Assembly: GCA_001938485.1 (NCBI GenBank)
Contig: MQRK01250764.1
Coordinates: 33,326-97,325, forward strand
Origin: Girardia tigrina
Taxonomy: Eukaryota
DNA: 64,000 nucleotides
Direction: 5' to 3'
Shown here: positions 51,926-64,000 of the stretch, piece after piece
Layout: the number at the start of each line of letters is the position of its first letter
How positions within the stretch are numbered: the first letter of the stretch is position 1
Position numbers and translations under genes: made by a program
The notes under the pieces: generated by a model
Told to the model about the DNA's origin: nothing
Databases searched by the model: none
The model's input: the letters and a program-made list of their open reading frames with translations, nothing else

Positions 51926-52025
51926 TTATGAGGAATATTTTGAATGTTTGATGTTTTGTGTTTGATTGTTGCATGTTCATTTATAATTGTGTCTCTCCTA
52001 TCCAGATGGATGATTAATATTGGAA
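51926..52025 (+). repeat. Dispersed bipartite repeat copy truncating the Gypsy pol
   Basis: TATGAGGAATATTTT, TG-rich spacer, GTGTCTCTCCTATCCAGATGGATGATT. Confidence 0.75.
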
Positions 52026-52439
52026 TTCTTATTATCTAAAAATATGTAATATTTAATTGTAATATTTAAATGTAATATTTTAAAATTCAAATAATGGTAA
52101 AATTTTAAAGATTTAATTAATTTTTACAATTTTCAATAAATAAAACAAATTAATATTTTTAAAATAATTAATTATCATTCTAATTTTTATCCAATAAGTT
52201 TTGAGTAAATATTTGAATAAATTATTTATGTCTCTGTTTGATAAAAATAATAATAATTAATTCATTAATCAATTTAATTTAGAATACAATCGTATAAAAG
52301 CTTTGAAAAAGATGGTCTTAAGGACAATTTAAATTGTTGTGTGAATAAAAATATGAAAAGTCAAATTGATGTTCTTAATAGTGATGACAATGAAAAATCC
52401 ATCACCTGGGTAACAACGACAAATATCTTATCTTTCAGA

Positions 52440-54200
52440 ATTGTGGCTGCGTTTCACATTCCATTTCCGCTCGGACGCTTCACGCATCTGAAATGAGCTT
52501 CGATACCCACTCGTTCTAGCAATCTCGACATGCCCGACCCCCTGAAAAAGCAATAGTTTTGGAGAATTACTTCCTCTGGTGGACCGAATTCGTTCCAGAC
52601 GCTGTTCATTACGAAACAGATGTCCGCTTCACTCTCGGATGCAATTTGGCGCCATATCATAAATCAGTAGCAGTCCACCTCGGTCAGAATTTTCGCCGCC
52701 CCAACGTCTGTTACATACACAGCAACTAGGGTGCACGATTTCCTTAGCCCAAGATCACCTTTCTCCCACTGAATTGGCGATGGATCGATTGATGATGGAT
52801 CTCGCACTTCTGAATCACTGCTCTGATTTGATCTTCTGACACTTTGCCCGGACACGATATTTTTCTAGCTAGGAATATCAATCTTTTAACTCCGAAATCA
52901 TGCATCTCGTAGAGTTGCTTAAGACCGTCCACTGACTCCCATTGATCTCTGATAGTTACCGCTGCTGCCACCGCACGGTTTCTCGCCAACGTCCTCCAAC
53001 TGGATGGAAACCGAGTCAACGCGTCCGCTTTGTTTTCTTCTAATCGCACCAGTGTTATGTTAAAATAGGCCTCCACGTCGCCTGATTAGAATCTCCATGA
53101 GTGCCTAAGATCTAATCGGTTCGCGTCCCATTTGGTGACTGTTGTTGAGTCGGTTAATAATTCCAATTCCCGAATTCCCCATTTGACTCCTTCTTTGAGT
53201 GCGCGGTTTGCGGCGACCAACTCAGCTAAATTGATGTGGTTAGTGTCATTTTTTTGGCGCCCACATTCACCCCTCCCATTGAGGCGATTGTATCCATTCC
53301 TAGGATCACCTGCACTCCAATCGACTGCAATTTTTTAGTCAACAAAACCCAGCACTTTAAAAGCTTCTCTGACACTTCAATCTCCACCCATAAGCCGTGT
53401 GTTACTACTGCTTACCCGAGTACCGTTTGCAGTTTTCCGGATATACTTTAAATCTGAACCGGTCGCACCAGTCGCTGTTCCATCATGGTAACGGAACAAC
53501 CCGTATCAACGAGTCGCCTCACCATCTTTCCTCCGAATCGAACGACGACTACGATTAACTGCACATCGACTTTTACAAGTACCCTCCTTACGCAGAAGAG
53601 AGGACCTGTTGATTGTTTCCAGACTTTCGATTCCGTTATGGACAGGCCACGCAAAAATGTTCCGGTATGTCTCATATGAAGAACGCTCTGAATTTTGAAT
53701 CTGGTGATGGACCTTCCTTCACTTCTAGCGACGCCCTGCAGTCCCCTTGCAAATGACCGCGCCGGTTGCATCTAAAACACTATCTCTGATTGGCGCCGTA
53801 CTTGATATTTGACACTGATGCCACCACTCCGCCGCTTGGTGGTTTGACCGCCTTCTCTGTTCTCGTGTTGATGCGGAGAAGTTACCGCGCCATTGGGATC
53901 AGGTCTCGAATGGACCTGTTTTTATTCCCAGCCTCCGACAAAAGATGTTTCGAAACTTCTATCGGCAGTCCAGCAAGAAATGATTGGCGCAAAACATATT
54001 TCTGTGGCTCCTGCCCCATGCAGATGACGGTCGCGAGCCACCACAGGGATAACATATGCTCCTCAATCGATTCGCTAGGTTGAATCGATTGCGATCGAAA
54101 TTGCTTGAACACCTCTTGCGGATCGGGCCCGAATGCTTCTAACAATGCGGCCTTTACCGCATTAAAGTTCCGCTGGTCCACGCTCGTCAACCTCGAAAAA
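52440..54200 (-). mobile_element. Deleted LTR retrotransposon body: gag, CCHC knuckle, aspartic protease, RNase H, integrase
   Basis: VKAALLEAFG; RCFRCNRPGH; LVDTGCSVT; HINLAEL...LLTDS; ENKADALTR; FGPPEEV...RPSGNG; RT largely absent. Confidence 0.85.
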
Positions 54201-54940
54201 AGGTGGAACAGCATTAGAAGGAATTCAAACTTTGTGATCTTCTTTCTTTCCTCCACATTGGAAAAAGACGCATGTCTCATCCGCTATGTTGGAATATGCT
54301 TCATCACCCATCTGTGAAATTACATGGCGCATATGCTTTGCAGTGTTAATGTGTTGTTTATTAGCAGCAGAAAGTTCGTGAGGGACCCAAACAGAGCAAA
54401 CTTTTTTGTAATGAAGTTTTTCACGCAAAATTTTGTGGACTGTATTTTTGCCTAAAGAAAGTTCATTTTCAATATTACGCAAAGACGCAATCACTTCTTT
54501 AACTGCTTTAATCTTTTCATCGTCTATTAATGACGGCCTGCCACTTCTTGATGAATCGTCGAAGGACGTCCGCTTTTCTTTTTTAAAATCAGTCAACCAT
54601 TGTTGAATAGTTTTCAGTGCAGGGTGATTTGCGTCTTCCCATGCCAACTGAAGTTGCTGGATAATTTCTGAAGCAGAGAATCCTCTTTTACTTTGAGATA
54701 GAACAAAAAAACGTTGCCAAAATTTATTTGGCTCCATTGATAAAAACAGCTTGATTTGAATTCGCTGCACTTTTAAAATTTCAATACTTTAATGAAATCA
54801 AATTTTACTTTTTTTTAATTTTTAGCTTTGAAATTTTAACACAGTATTTATGACAGTCTGAATAATATTCAGTCAAAATTTGGTAAAATACTAGTGTGTT
54901 TTTAAAGGCCACCTGAGGACTTTTGGGACAGCCTAAGTAT
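54200..54940 (-). mobile_element. mariner element 5' half, joined to the LTR-element body
   Basis: HTH region, SRSGRPS, VCSVWVPHELS, IADET; TIR-like GACTTTTGGGACAGCCTAAGTA at ~54918-54939. Confidence 0.85.
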
Positions 54941-55139
54941 TTTTCGATTTCGAATTATCTAATTACTGTTTGTAAGCAGTGGTTTTGATTTTATTTTTAT
55001 GCACGTTTCAGAACAAAACTCAGAAGTGACGTAGGTGTTTTTCCATTAAATTTGGTGCATTCAATCCACTTACGGGAGCACCAGCGTAGCGTTGCTACTT
55101 CCTATGATAACATAGTATAAAATTTAAATTTTATAGTTT

Positions 55140-55617
55140 ATTTTCCAAAAGTTTAATTATGTTTTGTTTTTTATTGTTTTTTTAAATATTTTTATTAATT
55201 GTTGGCAAAGTAAAGTTCTGTCTGCATAAAGAATGGTTATAAAACATTTAATTTTTGATTTACTAGTTTCTTTTTTTTATTAGCTTACTTTCTAGGTATA
55301 CATGTATCCATGGAATTCAGAAACCTATTTTTGAAGACATTTTACTCAATCAATTTTCTCCAATCTTCGCTCATTCTCGATGACAATGAGTATGTGAAAA
55401 TTTGATTAAAAGTCTTTTAAGGTCTCAGAATTTGGGAAAAAGATTCCCTTGGAGTTCCTGAACAATATTAATTGAAAAGATCTACTGATATATTATAAGT
55501 AATTTATATTAATTTTTTGTTGTTTTTATAATATTTTTAATTAAAACTTTGTTGGTAAAGTAGAGTTCTGTCTGCATAAAGAATGGATATAAAAAATTTA
55601 ATTTTTTGATTTACTAT
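55140..55617 (+). mobile_element. Tandem HINE/DINE-1-like repeats (a 3' end at ~55140-55266, then a full copy at 55277-55617)
   Basis: TTATTAGCTTACTTTTC start; core homologous to 11487-11838; duplicated GGCAAAGTA...GTTCTGTCTGCATAAAGAATGG...TTTACTA end. Confidence 0.7.
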
Positions 55618-56628
55618 TTTTATTTTTGACCGCATCACGTAGAAAATTTATGTTACCGTTTTCGATAAAGAGCACTGGAACTTGAAGAGTTAATGAACTT
55701 TCACTGTTGACAGCATTAGTTTATATCTTTGATTGATCACATAAATGACAAATGAAACAATAATAATTTTGATGACATTCACTTGTGGCAAGTGTCAGTG
55801 TCCATGGAAATCTGCCAGTCTCAACGTGCTTAGGATCGAATACTGATAAATCAATTTTGTATCGCCTGTCTCATAACTTTGACTAATCCATTTTCGTTCT
55901 CTTCCTGTATCCCAAACCAAATTTTATTTATATAAATAGATGAAGAATTATAAATAAATAATTATTAATAATAGTAAATAATATAATAATGATAATAAAT
56001 TGCTGATGTTGATTGATAATATCAATAATTAGAAGTCGCTTATCGATTGAAAGTTAATACAATCAATATTTTTGGAAACTGGAAAGAACCAGGAATAAAG
56101 ATTCGNGAGCTGAAAAAAAACGACTGAAGACAAAAAATAATCGAATAAAATCGAGAAACAAGACAAACTGGATGAGAGACAGAGAACACAGACAAAACTG
56201 GAAACAAGTGAACGAACCCGGGCGATTCGATCAACGATAAAAATCGATAAGACTCGATAGCTGGGATCATCGTAATTTGGTGAAGATCATTATTGCGGAN
56301 NNNNNNNNNNNNNNNNNNNNNNNNNNNNNNNNNNNNNNNNNNNNNNNNNTAATGATAATAAATTGCTGATGTTGATTGATAATATCAATAATTAGAAGTC
56401 GCTTATCGATTGAAAGTTAATACAATCAATATTTTTGGAAACTGGAAAGAACCAGGAATAAAGATTCGAGAGCTGAAAAAAACGACTGAAGACAAAAAAT
56501 AATCGAATAAAATCGAGAAACAAGACAAACTGGATGAGAGACAGAGAACACAGACAAAACTGGAAACAAGTGAACGAACCCGGGCGATTCGATCAACGAT
56601 AAAAATCGATAAGACTCGATAGCTGGGA

Positions 56629-56958
56629 TCATCGTAATTTGGTGAAGATCATTATTGCGGACAGAATTACAACTATGATGCCGAGAACGATTATAATTAG
56701 CATTTTACGATTCTTCTTTTGGATTTTGTGTGCTTTCTGAAGTTCACTGAGACCTTTCTTCACTTTGAAATGCGTCTGTTCGATATTATTGTCGATCCTG
56801 TCGACAACGCTTCCCTGAACAGTGACCATCTGCGCGACATCCCGGAATATTTCGTTCAGTTCCTGGATGGACTTACAGATCTGATTGATTTCCTTTTCCC
56901 TCTCTAAAACAACCCGTGTGTTTTCCTCCGTCAATTGCGTTTGTCGAGTGAGACTGAC
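56629..56958 (-). CDS. STX16: Syntaxin-16 (Tlg2-like Qa-SNARE) terminal exon: SNARE motif + TM anchor
   Basis: EENTRVVLEREKEINQICKSIQELNEIFRDVAQMVTVQGSVVDRIDNNIEQ...KAHKIQKKNRKMLIIIVL; phase-0 acceptor CCGCCAG|GTC at 56959; upstream exons not found in the window. Confidence 0.92.
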   Translation of the reverse strand, partial: VSLTRQTQLTEENTRVVLEREKEINQICKSIQELNEIFRDVAQMVTVQGSVVDRIDNNIEQTHFKVKKGLSELQKAHKIQKKNRKMLIIIVLGIIVVILSAIMIFTKLR

Positions 56959-57646
56959 CTGGCGGACAAAACGTGATGAATAATTAATTCATTCTTTTCA
57001 TTTCGGTAAAAAAACATAATATCATAATTATCGAATATATCAATCGCAAATTTGTGATTAATTAATTTATTTTTCAAATATATTTTTTATTATTGATAAT
57101 TTACAGTTTTAAGAAATACAAGCTTCATTAGAAAGTCAGATATAATCACAACTAATGTGAGAAAGTGAAACTATGAAACTAGGTGATCTCTTTTGAAACA
57201 ACCTATGGAAATAGATAACGTTTTATAATATTATCTCAAAAAAACACTATATTCAATTAGGATAGTGTCGATGGGAATATAAATCAATGCAGGGAAGTAC
57301 TGTAACTCCCAACTGTTCCTATAGGTGTTAGGAATTAAAAATGCTATGAAAATTTTTGAAAGAAGGTTATATTAAATATGTACAAATTAGAATTTTTATA
57401 TAATTAAATATGTAACGTTTGAAAATATAAAATTACTAAAATTAAGAAGATCAATTAAATTGCTAATAATAAAAAAATTTTGAGAGTTTTTAATATAATA
57501 TAAAAAGTAAAATGCATAATTTTTATGTGGAACGATTTTAAAAAAGTAATAAAATTAAATGAAACGATTAAATATTTTGAAAAGTTATCGTAATTTAAAA
57601 TTGATTTATAAAAGTAATGAAAAAATCAAATATGAATAAGGTCTGA

Positions 57647-58282
57647 TGTGATGTTCCCGTCGTTATGATTATGTCGATTAAATCAACGATTTAATTGATG
57701 GTTGTAGTCCAACGGGGAATTAGTTTCGACGGTAGTTAATGGTACCGGCAGAATTATTGTGGAAGCGAGCTGACAAGATCTAAGGGTCTTACCAACTCGG
57801 TTACACAACAACGTATTTGATACTAAGAAATAAAATAAAACAGAACAAAATATTCAATAAACAAAGTTATAATATTATACAACGATTAGAACGGAAGGAT
57901 GAGACACGGATGCAGAAATCACGAAAGGAAAGGAGAGGTCGAATAAATAACGACAACTAAATACGAAATAGTTACCGTTCAGATCAAATGTTCGTTTCGT
58001 CCAGATCAAATGTTCGTTTCTGAACAAAAAGGATGTGTCTCGAATCGATTCGGACAAATACTTCGGTGGATCTGTTGAGGATCGTTGGGAAACGTTCTCT
58101 GATTGCAAACCAACTCGAAATATTGGATGGGAAGTATGTTTGCCAATTGTCAACTGATCGATTATGAATCCAAGTGTGATGTTCCCGTCGTTATGATTAT
58201 GTCGATTAAATCAACGATTTAATTGATGGTTGTAGTCCAACGGGGAATTAGTTTCGACGGTAGTTAATGGTACCGGTAGAAT
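57647..58282. repeat. 108-bp direct repeats (57647-57754, 58175-58282) flanking 420 bp; LTR/TRIM-like
   Basis: The two copies differ at one visible base; the interior has a CAGATCAAATGTTCGTTTC tandem pair. Confidence 0.85.
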
Positions 58283-58708
58283 AGCAATTTTTAATTGGAA
58301 TTGCTATAGTAATTTTTAATTTGTAATATTTCTGATCAATATTTTTATTGATCATTTGATCTTTGCATTAAATTTTTTATTGTTGTCATTGGCAGTATTC
58401 CAATGACAAAAAATATATCAAAATAATAAAAAAATAAAAGATAAAAAAACAAAATAAAAATTAACTACATCGAAAAAAAATTTATCAGTAATAGGAACTA
58501 AGAAAAGTTAAAAATAATAAAATCTTTTTTACTTTTCACTCATTCCGAAATGTATTTGTAGACACTCAAAATCCGCGACACTTGTTCATATTTATCAGCG
58601 AGATTCTTATTTAACGTCGCTCTATTCTCGTTTTGCGTGAAAACAAACAAAAGTAATAAAAAAATATAATACACGTTCTATAAAATAAAACAAAATGTCA
58701 CATACAAC

Positions 58709-59640
58709 AAAAGTGCACAAGTTTTAAAACCATCATAACTTTTTAATGTAATATTATTTAATTTCGTAAATTTGGAATTTAAATATTTGTTTTAATAGGT
58801 TAGAAATAGTAAAGCAGGTATTTAAAATTTTTAGTTTAATAGGTTTTATTTTAGAGACAATTATAATGATTTCAAAACGACATGAAGATATAATCAATTT
58901 TTTCAAAACGCACAGTAAAATTGAGACTGTGACAAAGTTTACTGGCATTCATTTTTCCAGAAGAGGTATATATGCAATAATACAACGCTATGAGAAGACC
59001 GGCAGCATTGAAAGAAAAGTAGGAAGTGGAAAGAAATTCACAGTAAAAGTTTTGGTTTGGGCAACTGTTTCCAGACGATGCATTTCAAACCTGTACATCT
59101 GAAAATGGAAATCTGTAGCTTCTAATTCGGATATTTATATCTCCGGGTGCTTAACGAAGCGTTTGCTTCCTTATCTGAATGAGAAATACCCAGCTGGTCA
59201 CTTCATCTTCTGGCCAGATCTTGCTTCTTGTCACTACGCCAGAGCAAGTCTGAAGTGCTTAGAGGACAACAAAATTCCATTTGTCAAAAAAGATTCGAAT
59301 GCACCTTGTGCTCTCCTAAAACGCCCAATTGAAAAGTTTTGGGCTCATTTAAAGGAGAAGGTGTATGAAAAGGGTTGGACTGCCGATTCTGAAGACCAGT
59401 TGATTCGCAGAATCAAAACTAAAGCAAAGCAGTTTAACAATTTATATTTTAAGACATTATTTGCAAATTTTAGACAAAGAATAATGCTTGCTAACTCTTA
59501 TGGCCTTAATAGTTTGATATAATAAAATAGTTATTGTGTTATTATGATCTAGTCTTTGTTCAGAATTCCGTCAATTGGAAGGTCTAATTAAAAAGTTATG
59601 ATGGTTTTAAAACTTGTGCACTTTTTTAGTGGACACACCT
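58709..59640 (+). mobile_element. DD37E (ITmD37E/TRT-like) Tc1/mariner element with internal deletion
   Basis: 39-bp perfect inverted repeat 58709-58747 / 59587-59625; FWPD-37aa-E (RPIEKFW); N-terminal HTH joined directly to KVLVW. Confidence 0.9.
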
Positions 59641-59879
59641 TATTTATAAATATTTTTATTTATATCGGTTTAAGATTTATAATACAAATTGTTTCTCAAA
59701 AAAAATAATAAGTTTGTTTAAATATTAGATCTAAACATTTTTTGTATGGTATAATAAATTTTTTTTGAAATATCTCATAGTAATAATTCCGACGATGTCT
59801 CTAGAACCTCTAATAATAGGTATATGGATGTACCCAGAATCAAGACAGACCTACCCACCTCAGATCCAATCACGCAGAC

Positions 59880-60034
59880 GGTAACAGGACAAAAATCCCC
59901 GGACATAAATACCCTTGGCGGTTAGGGTTAAGGTTATATGTCCATTTACTAATGGCAATCCACAGTACATAAAGAAATATAGAAAAATCATCAAATTAAT
60001 TGGTTTCCTGTTGGGAGGTTTTTGTCCTAGATCC
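59880..60034. mobile_element. Mutator-like MITE (155 bp)
   Basis: Imperfect TIRs GGTAACAGGACAAAAATCCC / GGGAGGTTTTTGTCCTAGATCC; 9-bp TSD-like CACGCAGAC / CACACGGAC; internal GGTTAGGGTTAAGGTTA. Confidence 0.6.
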
Positions 60035-61321
60035 CACACGGACAAATAAACATTACTACATCCAAAAAATTTTAAACTGGTCTAACCGTATAATAATGAT
60101 AGAAATAATTTTATTTCGAAATCGCTAGTTATACAAATTTAGGACTGACCATATAAAGACAACAATAGCTCTTCTTTGCGACAATAATAATTTGATTTTG
60201 TTGTGAAAATATGTTTTTTTGATAATTTGATTTTATTATGTGAAAGAAAATGTTGTGGTACACAACAAAATTAATTTGCACATAACTAAAATTTTTAAAT
60301 TTTGAAAAATAGTAGTTTGTCGATCTGAGTTTGAGTTTTGGACAGTTTGGAAAAGCAGATGGCAATTTTTCGAATAATTCTGAGGATTTCATGATTAAAA
60401 ATAATTGCGTGAATAATTTGGTATATAAAACTTGTGACGTTTCAAGGTCAACTCAATAATAAAATTTTATTTTGAACTTGGCTTTGTCGATTTTGTACTC
60501 ACTGCGAATAGCTCAATGAATTAAAATTGTTTCAGCGATGACATTTGTTTAAAAATTACGAACCATTTTTGTGTGTCGTTTGATGTGAATTTCGTTTATT
60601 TGGAAAAGAGAATTCATCTCATTGAACAAATTAGAAAATATTTCTAATTTGTCTGATCGATTTCTTCAAATATATTTGAAAAATTAACAAATAAAGATTT
60701 TTTTGACGAATAAGATTCAATTATCGGGCACGACATCCAGACAGACCGTTTCTCAACTATAAATTCTTTAATGAAACCCCATTTGAAATCAATAAACGAA
60801 CAACCGAAAATCGACATGGATGATTATATCTGATTAAAATCGATCTCGGGAACATGCCCACCCAGGTGAGATTAAAATTCTAACCACCCTTCTACCCAGA
60901 AACCATATCGACGCCGGATCTCCGTAACTACACATATGCGCATCCTTCGCTAACACCAAACATTTTATAATATATTTCGATAGTTTTTTACTGCCTCATT
61001 ACATCACTGATTTTATAATCCTTTGCCGCATATATATAAAAACAAATGAATGATTTAAATCATCTGTTTTTCCTAAGATTTCAATAATCCAAATAAATCT
61101 ATTCTGAAAGAAACAATTGTTCTTTTACAATTAAGAATTATATCTCAGTCATTGAAAGTGTAATGTAGCTTGAAATATGACTGTAAGTCATGGGATTTAA
61201 TAATATCCTTAATCTAACATATATCATCAAATAGTATGAGTCAAAATATTAAATAATATGACTAAACGTTTTTTAGTTTTAGTCAAACTATTTGATATTT
61301 TCAAAAAAAAATTAAATAAAA

Positions 61322-61594
61322 GTGACAAAATATTCTGAATCAAGTAACACATCTCCAGTTGTAATAAATTCTCCTTATCCAACAATCCGCAACAAATTTG
61401 TAACCACCGAGAAGTATTCTGAACCAAGTACAATAACCTCAAGTTCTCAGACTTCTGCAATAGACATTGAATCAGTAACAATCGAGAAGTATTCTAAATC
61501 AGGTACCGTTGCACCAATTGTAATAACTTCACCTGATACAACATTCCATAAAGAACATTTGACTACTATGTTCGTGCATTGTTTACCAACATAA
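61322..61594 (+). other. Ser/Thr/Pro-rich repetitive ORF (mucin-like exon or relic)
   Basis: Three (E)KYS(E/K) units ~25-28 aa apart. Confidence 0.35.
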
Positions 61595-63138
61595 ATGTAT
61601 CATCACTGCAAATGAATCCAATAACACACTTATAGATGTGATAAAAGTAATATTGTAGAAACGTAGAAAGACTCATTAACGTAAGTTGATTATAAATATT
61701 TTCAAAATTAGGTGCAAAAATTTTAAAATTTATTGGAAGAGAATGTCATGCTAAATATTGTTAAAAAATTTCGTGATCTATTAACACTAGGAGAGATAAT
61801 CTGTAGTTTATGATAGACGACATCAAGTATTCCTTTCTTTTGCAAACGTATTGCTATGCAGCCAGATACATTGAGTAGATCAGCTTGAAAAGATACCGTA
61901 CTTAAATTTAATTTAATTTCGTTTAATTTACGAAATTCGTTTTTACACACCAAATATTCCTCACAGGTCACAACCGAGATTTTTTGGTTTGAATATAGGT
62001 CTGAACATTGAAGATTTGAAAATTCTTATAAAAGGAGTTTATAGTATAAAGTGGTATCGAATGAGTTTTATCCGTGACAGAGTCCTTCTAATTGTAATAA
62101 AAAAAAGTTATCAGAATAGTGACTCATCTTATTTCTCAAATCTTTTTTCCAAAATAGTTTTTAAAATTCGAAATAAAATAACACGTTGCAATTAATTTCT
62201 TTTCTCTTAATTAAATACCTAAGATTATTGTATATATGATAATCAGGGTGACCTTAGAATTGACCTAAAAATATATTTCTAGACTTTATTATTACAGATT
62301 TTTGACTTTATTTTTTAATATAAAAAGTTTTACTATAAAACAGAGTTAATACAAACTACCTTATATCTTTAAGATTTCAAAAACAGTATATCCAAACTAA
62401 ATTTATTTCTTCTAATTACAAAAGAAGTATTAAAGGATGTCAGTAATATTCCTTGTTTTATTGTATCCTAAACACAAATGATGAAATAAAATGTTTCCAA
62501 TAGAAAAGCAGCGTTCAACATCAGCCGAGGTTGGTTGACAGTTAAGCAACAACGAATATGAGCTAGGATAGATATACTGTCGTTTATGATGGACGACATC
62601 AAGTATTTCTTTCTTTTACAAACGTCTTCCTATGTAGTCAGATACATTGAATGGATCATCTTGAAAAGATACCGTACTTACATCATAGAACGCTGCTCTT
62701 ATATTATATGAGCTGCTTCGGGTCACTTCCACATTGTTTAACAAATTAGAATATTTTGTGATTTTTACAAACTCTTATACTAAATTCTCACGTGTTAAGG
62801 CTGTTCTGACCAAGGTAATAAGAACCCTTACATCTGTAATTTTCTCAACAATAGGTCGAATTGCAAAATAAATGATCTGAGTACCAAAACATTGCTTTAA
62901 GCCATGTTCTCAACTTGTGAGTATCGGATGAGGTTTTAATTTATAACATTAAAGAAAGGATTATACCGCTTATTAAATAAAATTCTCGTTTCTTTGATTT
63001 TATTGTATATTTATTACACTAAACAATCAAAAATTACCATTTTTCAATGTTTTGATCGAATGTCAAAAATAGACCTTACCTTAACTTAATAACTTCCTTC
63101 AGAACGTACAAGAATAGAACGTAAGTAACAGATTTGTG

Positions 63139-63475
63139 CAGGGTTTTTTAAGGCCATTTTGAGTGTACAATGTACATCCAACTTTTGTAGATGTACACCC
63201 AAAAATTTACCTATTTATAAGTAAAGCATGTGTTCATTAAAAAATACACACACTGCAATTCCACCCACTCTCTTTCCCTCTTGCACATACACGCTCCTAC
63301 ACAAGGTCATTTATAATATACTTATTTACTAAGTATAAGACATTCTTTTGTTCTTAACCCTTTAAATCTAGTGTGCACGTGTGATGTAACAATTTTTGAG
63401 TAAAAATAAATGTTATACTGTACACCAACATTTTTTTAGGTTACACCCAGCTGGAAACCTTGGAAAAAAACCCTG
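63139..63475. mobile_element. hAT-type MITE (337 bp)
   Basis: TIRs CAGGGTTTTTT / AAAAAACCCTG; perfect 8-bp TSD GATTTGTG (63131-63138, 63476-63483). Confidence 0.9.
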
Positions 63476-63525
63476 GATTTGTGTGTATTTCAATTGTATT
63501 GTATTTCAATTTGAATTTTAGTTTA

Positions 63526-63643
63526 TATAATGTTGCATACTGTTGGGTACGTCGGATGTCGTGCGATCTCCGAAGTCAAGTAACCAACGACCGCGTTAGT
63601 ACTTATTTGGGTGACCGATAGGGAAATCGCGGGGCCATTGACT
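63526..63643 (+). rRNA. 5S rRNA-like copy (probable pseudogene)
   Basis: CATAC...CGATCTCCGAAGTCAAG...GTTAGTACTT...TGGGTGACC...GGGAA...GCCATTGACT follows the 5S layout; 5' strand of helix I degraded; no oligo-T terminator. Confidence 0.8.
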
Positions 63644-64000
63644 ACATGTCATATGAATTTCTATCATGCTTTATCCACTGTTTTACTATAAAAATTCGTT
63701 GCTGAAGTGTTAATTGTCGTGCCATGCCAATATTGCCAACAACAACGAACAAAATGAAATAATTTTAAAAATTTTTAAATAAATAATTATTAAAACAAAA
63801 AATTTTATCTGGTTTTTCTTTATAAATCATTTAGAATTTTGTGTTTATTATTATTAAAACTGGGTAAAGCGACTTATGGCCACCCCTGTATATTAGAGTA
63901 CTCATTTGACATCTATACTCTGGAGTGCAGACAGTACACAATGTAATAACATCATGACTTTGTCTCTATGAGTCATTGTTTATGCAGGAGAAAACATCAT

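Noticed and set aside
55988-56661. ~310-bp tandem duplication of the STX16 3' end/UTR (ORFs 56040-56270 and 56426-56632)
   Set aside because: Near-identical copies abut an N-gap; most likely unmerged contig overlap, and the ORFs are 3' UTR.
22935-56958. Two Golgi SNAREs (GOSR1, STX16) as a functional cluster
   Set aside because: They act in different SNARE complexes, lie ~33 kb apart, and GOSR1 appears truncated; probably coincidence.

Overview
AT-rich eukaryotic genomic DNA, probably an invertebrate animal (taxon cannot be fixed from sequence alone), with ~45-nt spliceosomal introns and four N-gaps. Most of the window is nested, decayed transposon material: Gypsy-type LTR retrotransposons, an RTE-like LINE family with a C-terminal C2H2 zinc-finger tail, Penelope-like elements with minimal hammerhead motifs, mariner DD34D and DD37E elements, hAT/piggyBac/MULE-type MITEs and DINE-1/HINE-like repeats. 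One apparently intact host gene was reconstructed by hand: a 17-exon ankyrin-repeat + C3HC4 RING protein (42252-49029, ~589 aa, all introns phase 0, one GC-AG intron). The terminal exon of syntaxin-16 lies on the minus strand. Relics of GOSR1, Prune/exopolyphosphatase and other host genes cluster at 22.9-26.1 kb between two convergent copies of a dispersed repeat. A divergent 5S rRNA-like copy lies near the end. Highlights are the tail-less LINE with a conserved 3' RNA fold and ACAT junctions, an LTR element whose 3' LTR is only 10 bp yet has an exact TSD, a possible gene-capturing (Pack-type) element, and a hAT carrying foreign cargo. All homology calls come from manual translation and motif recognition, not database searches.
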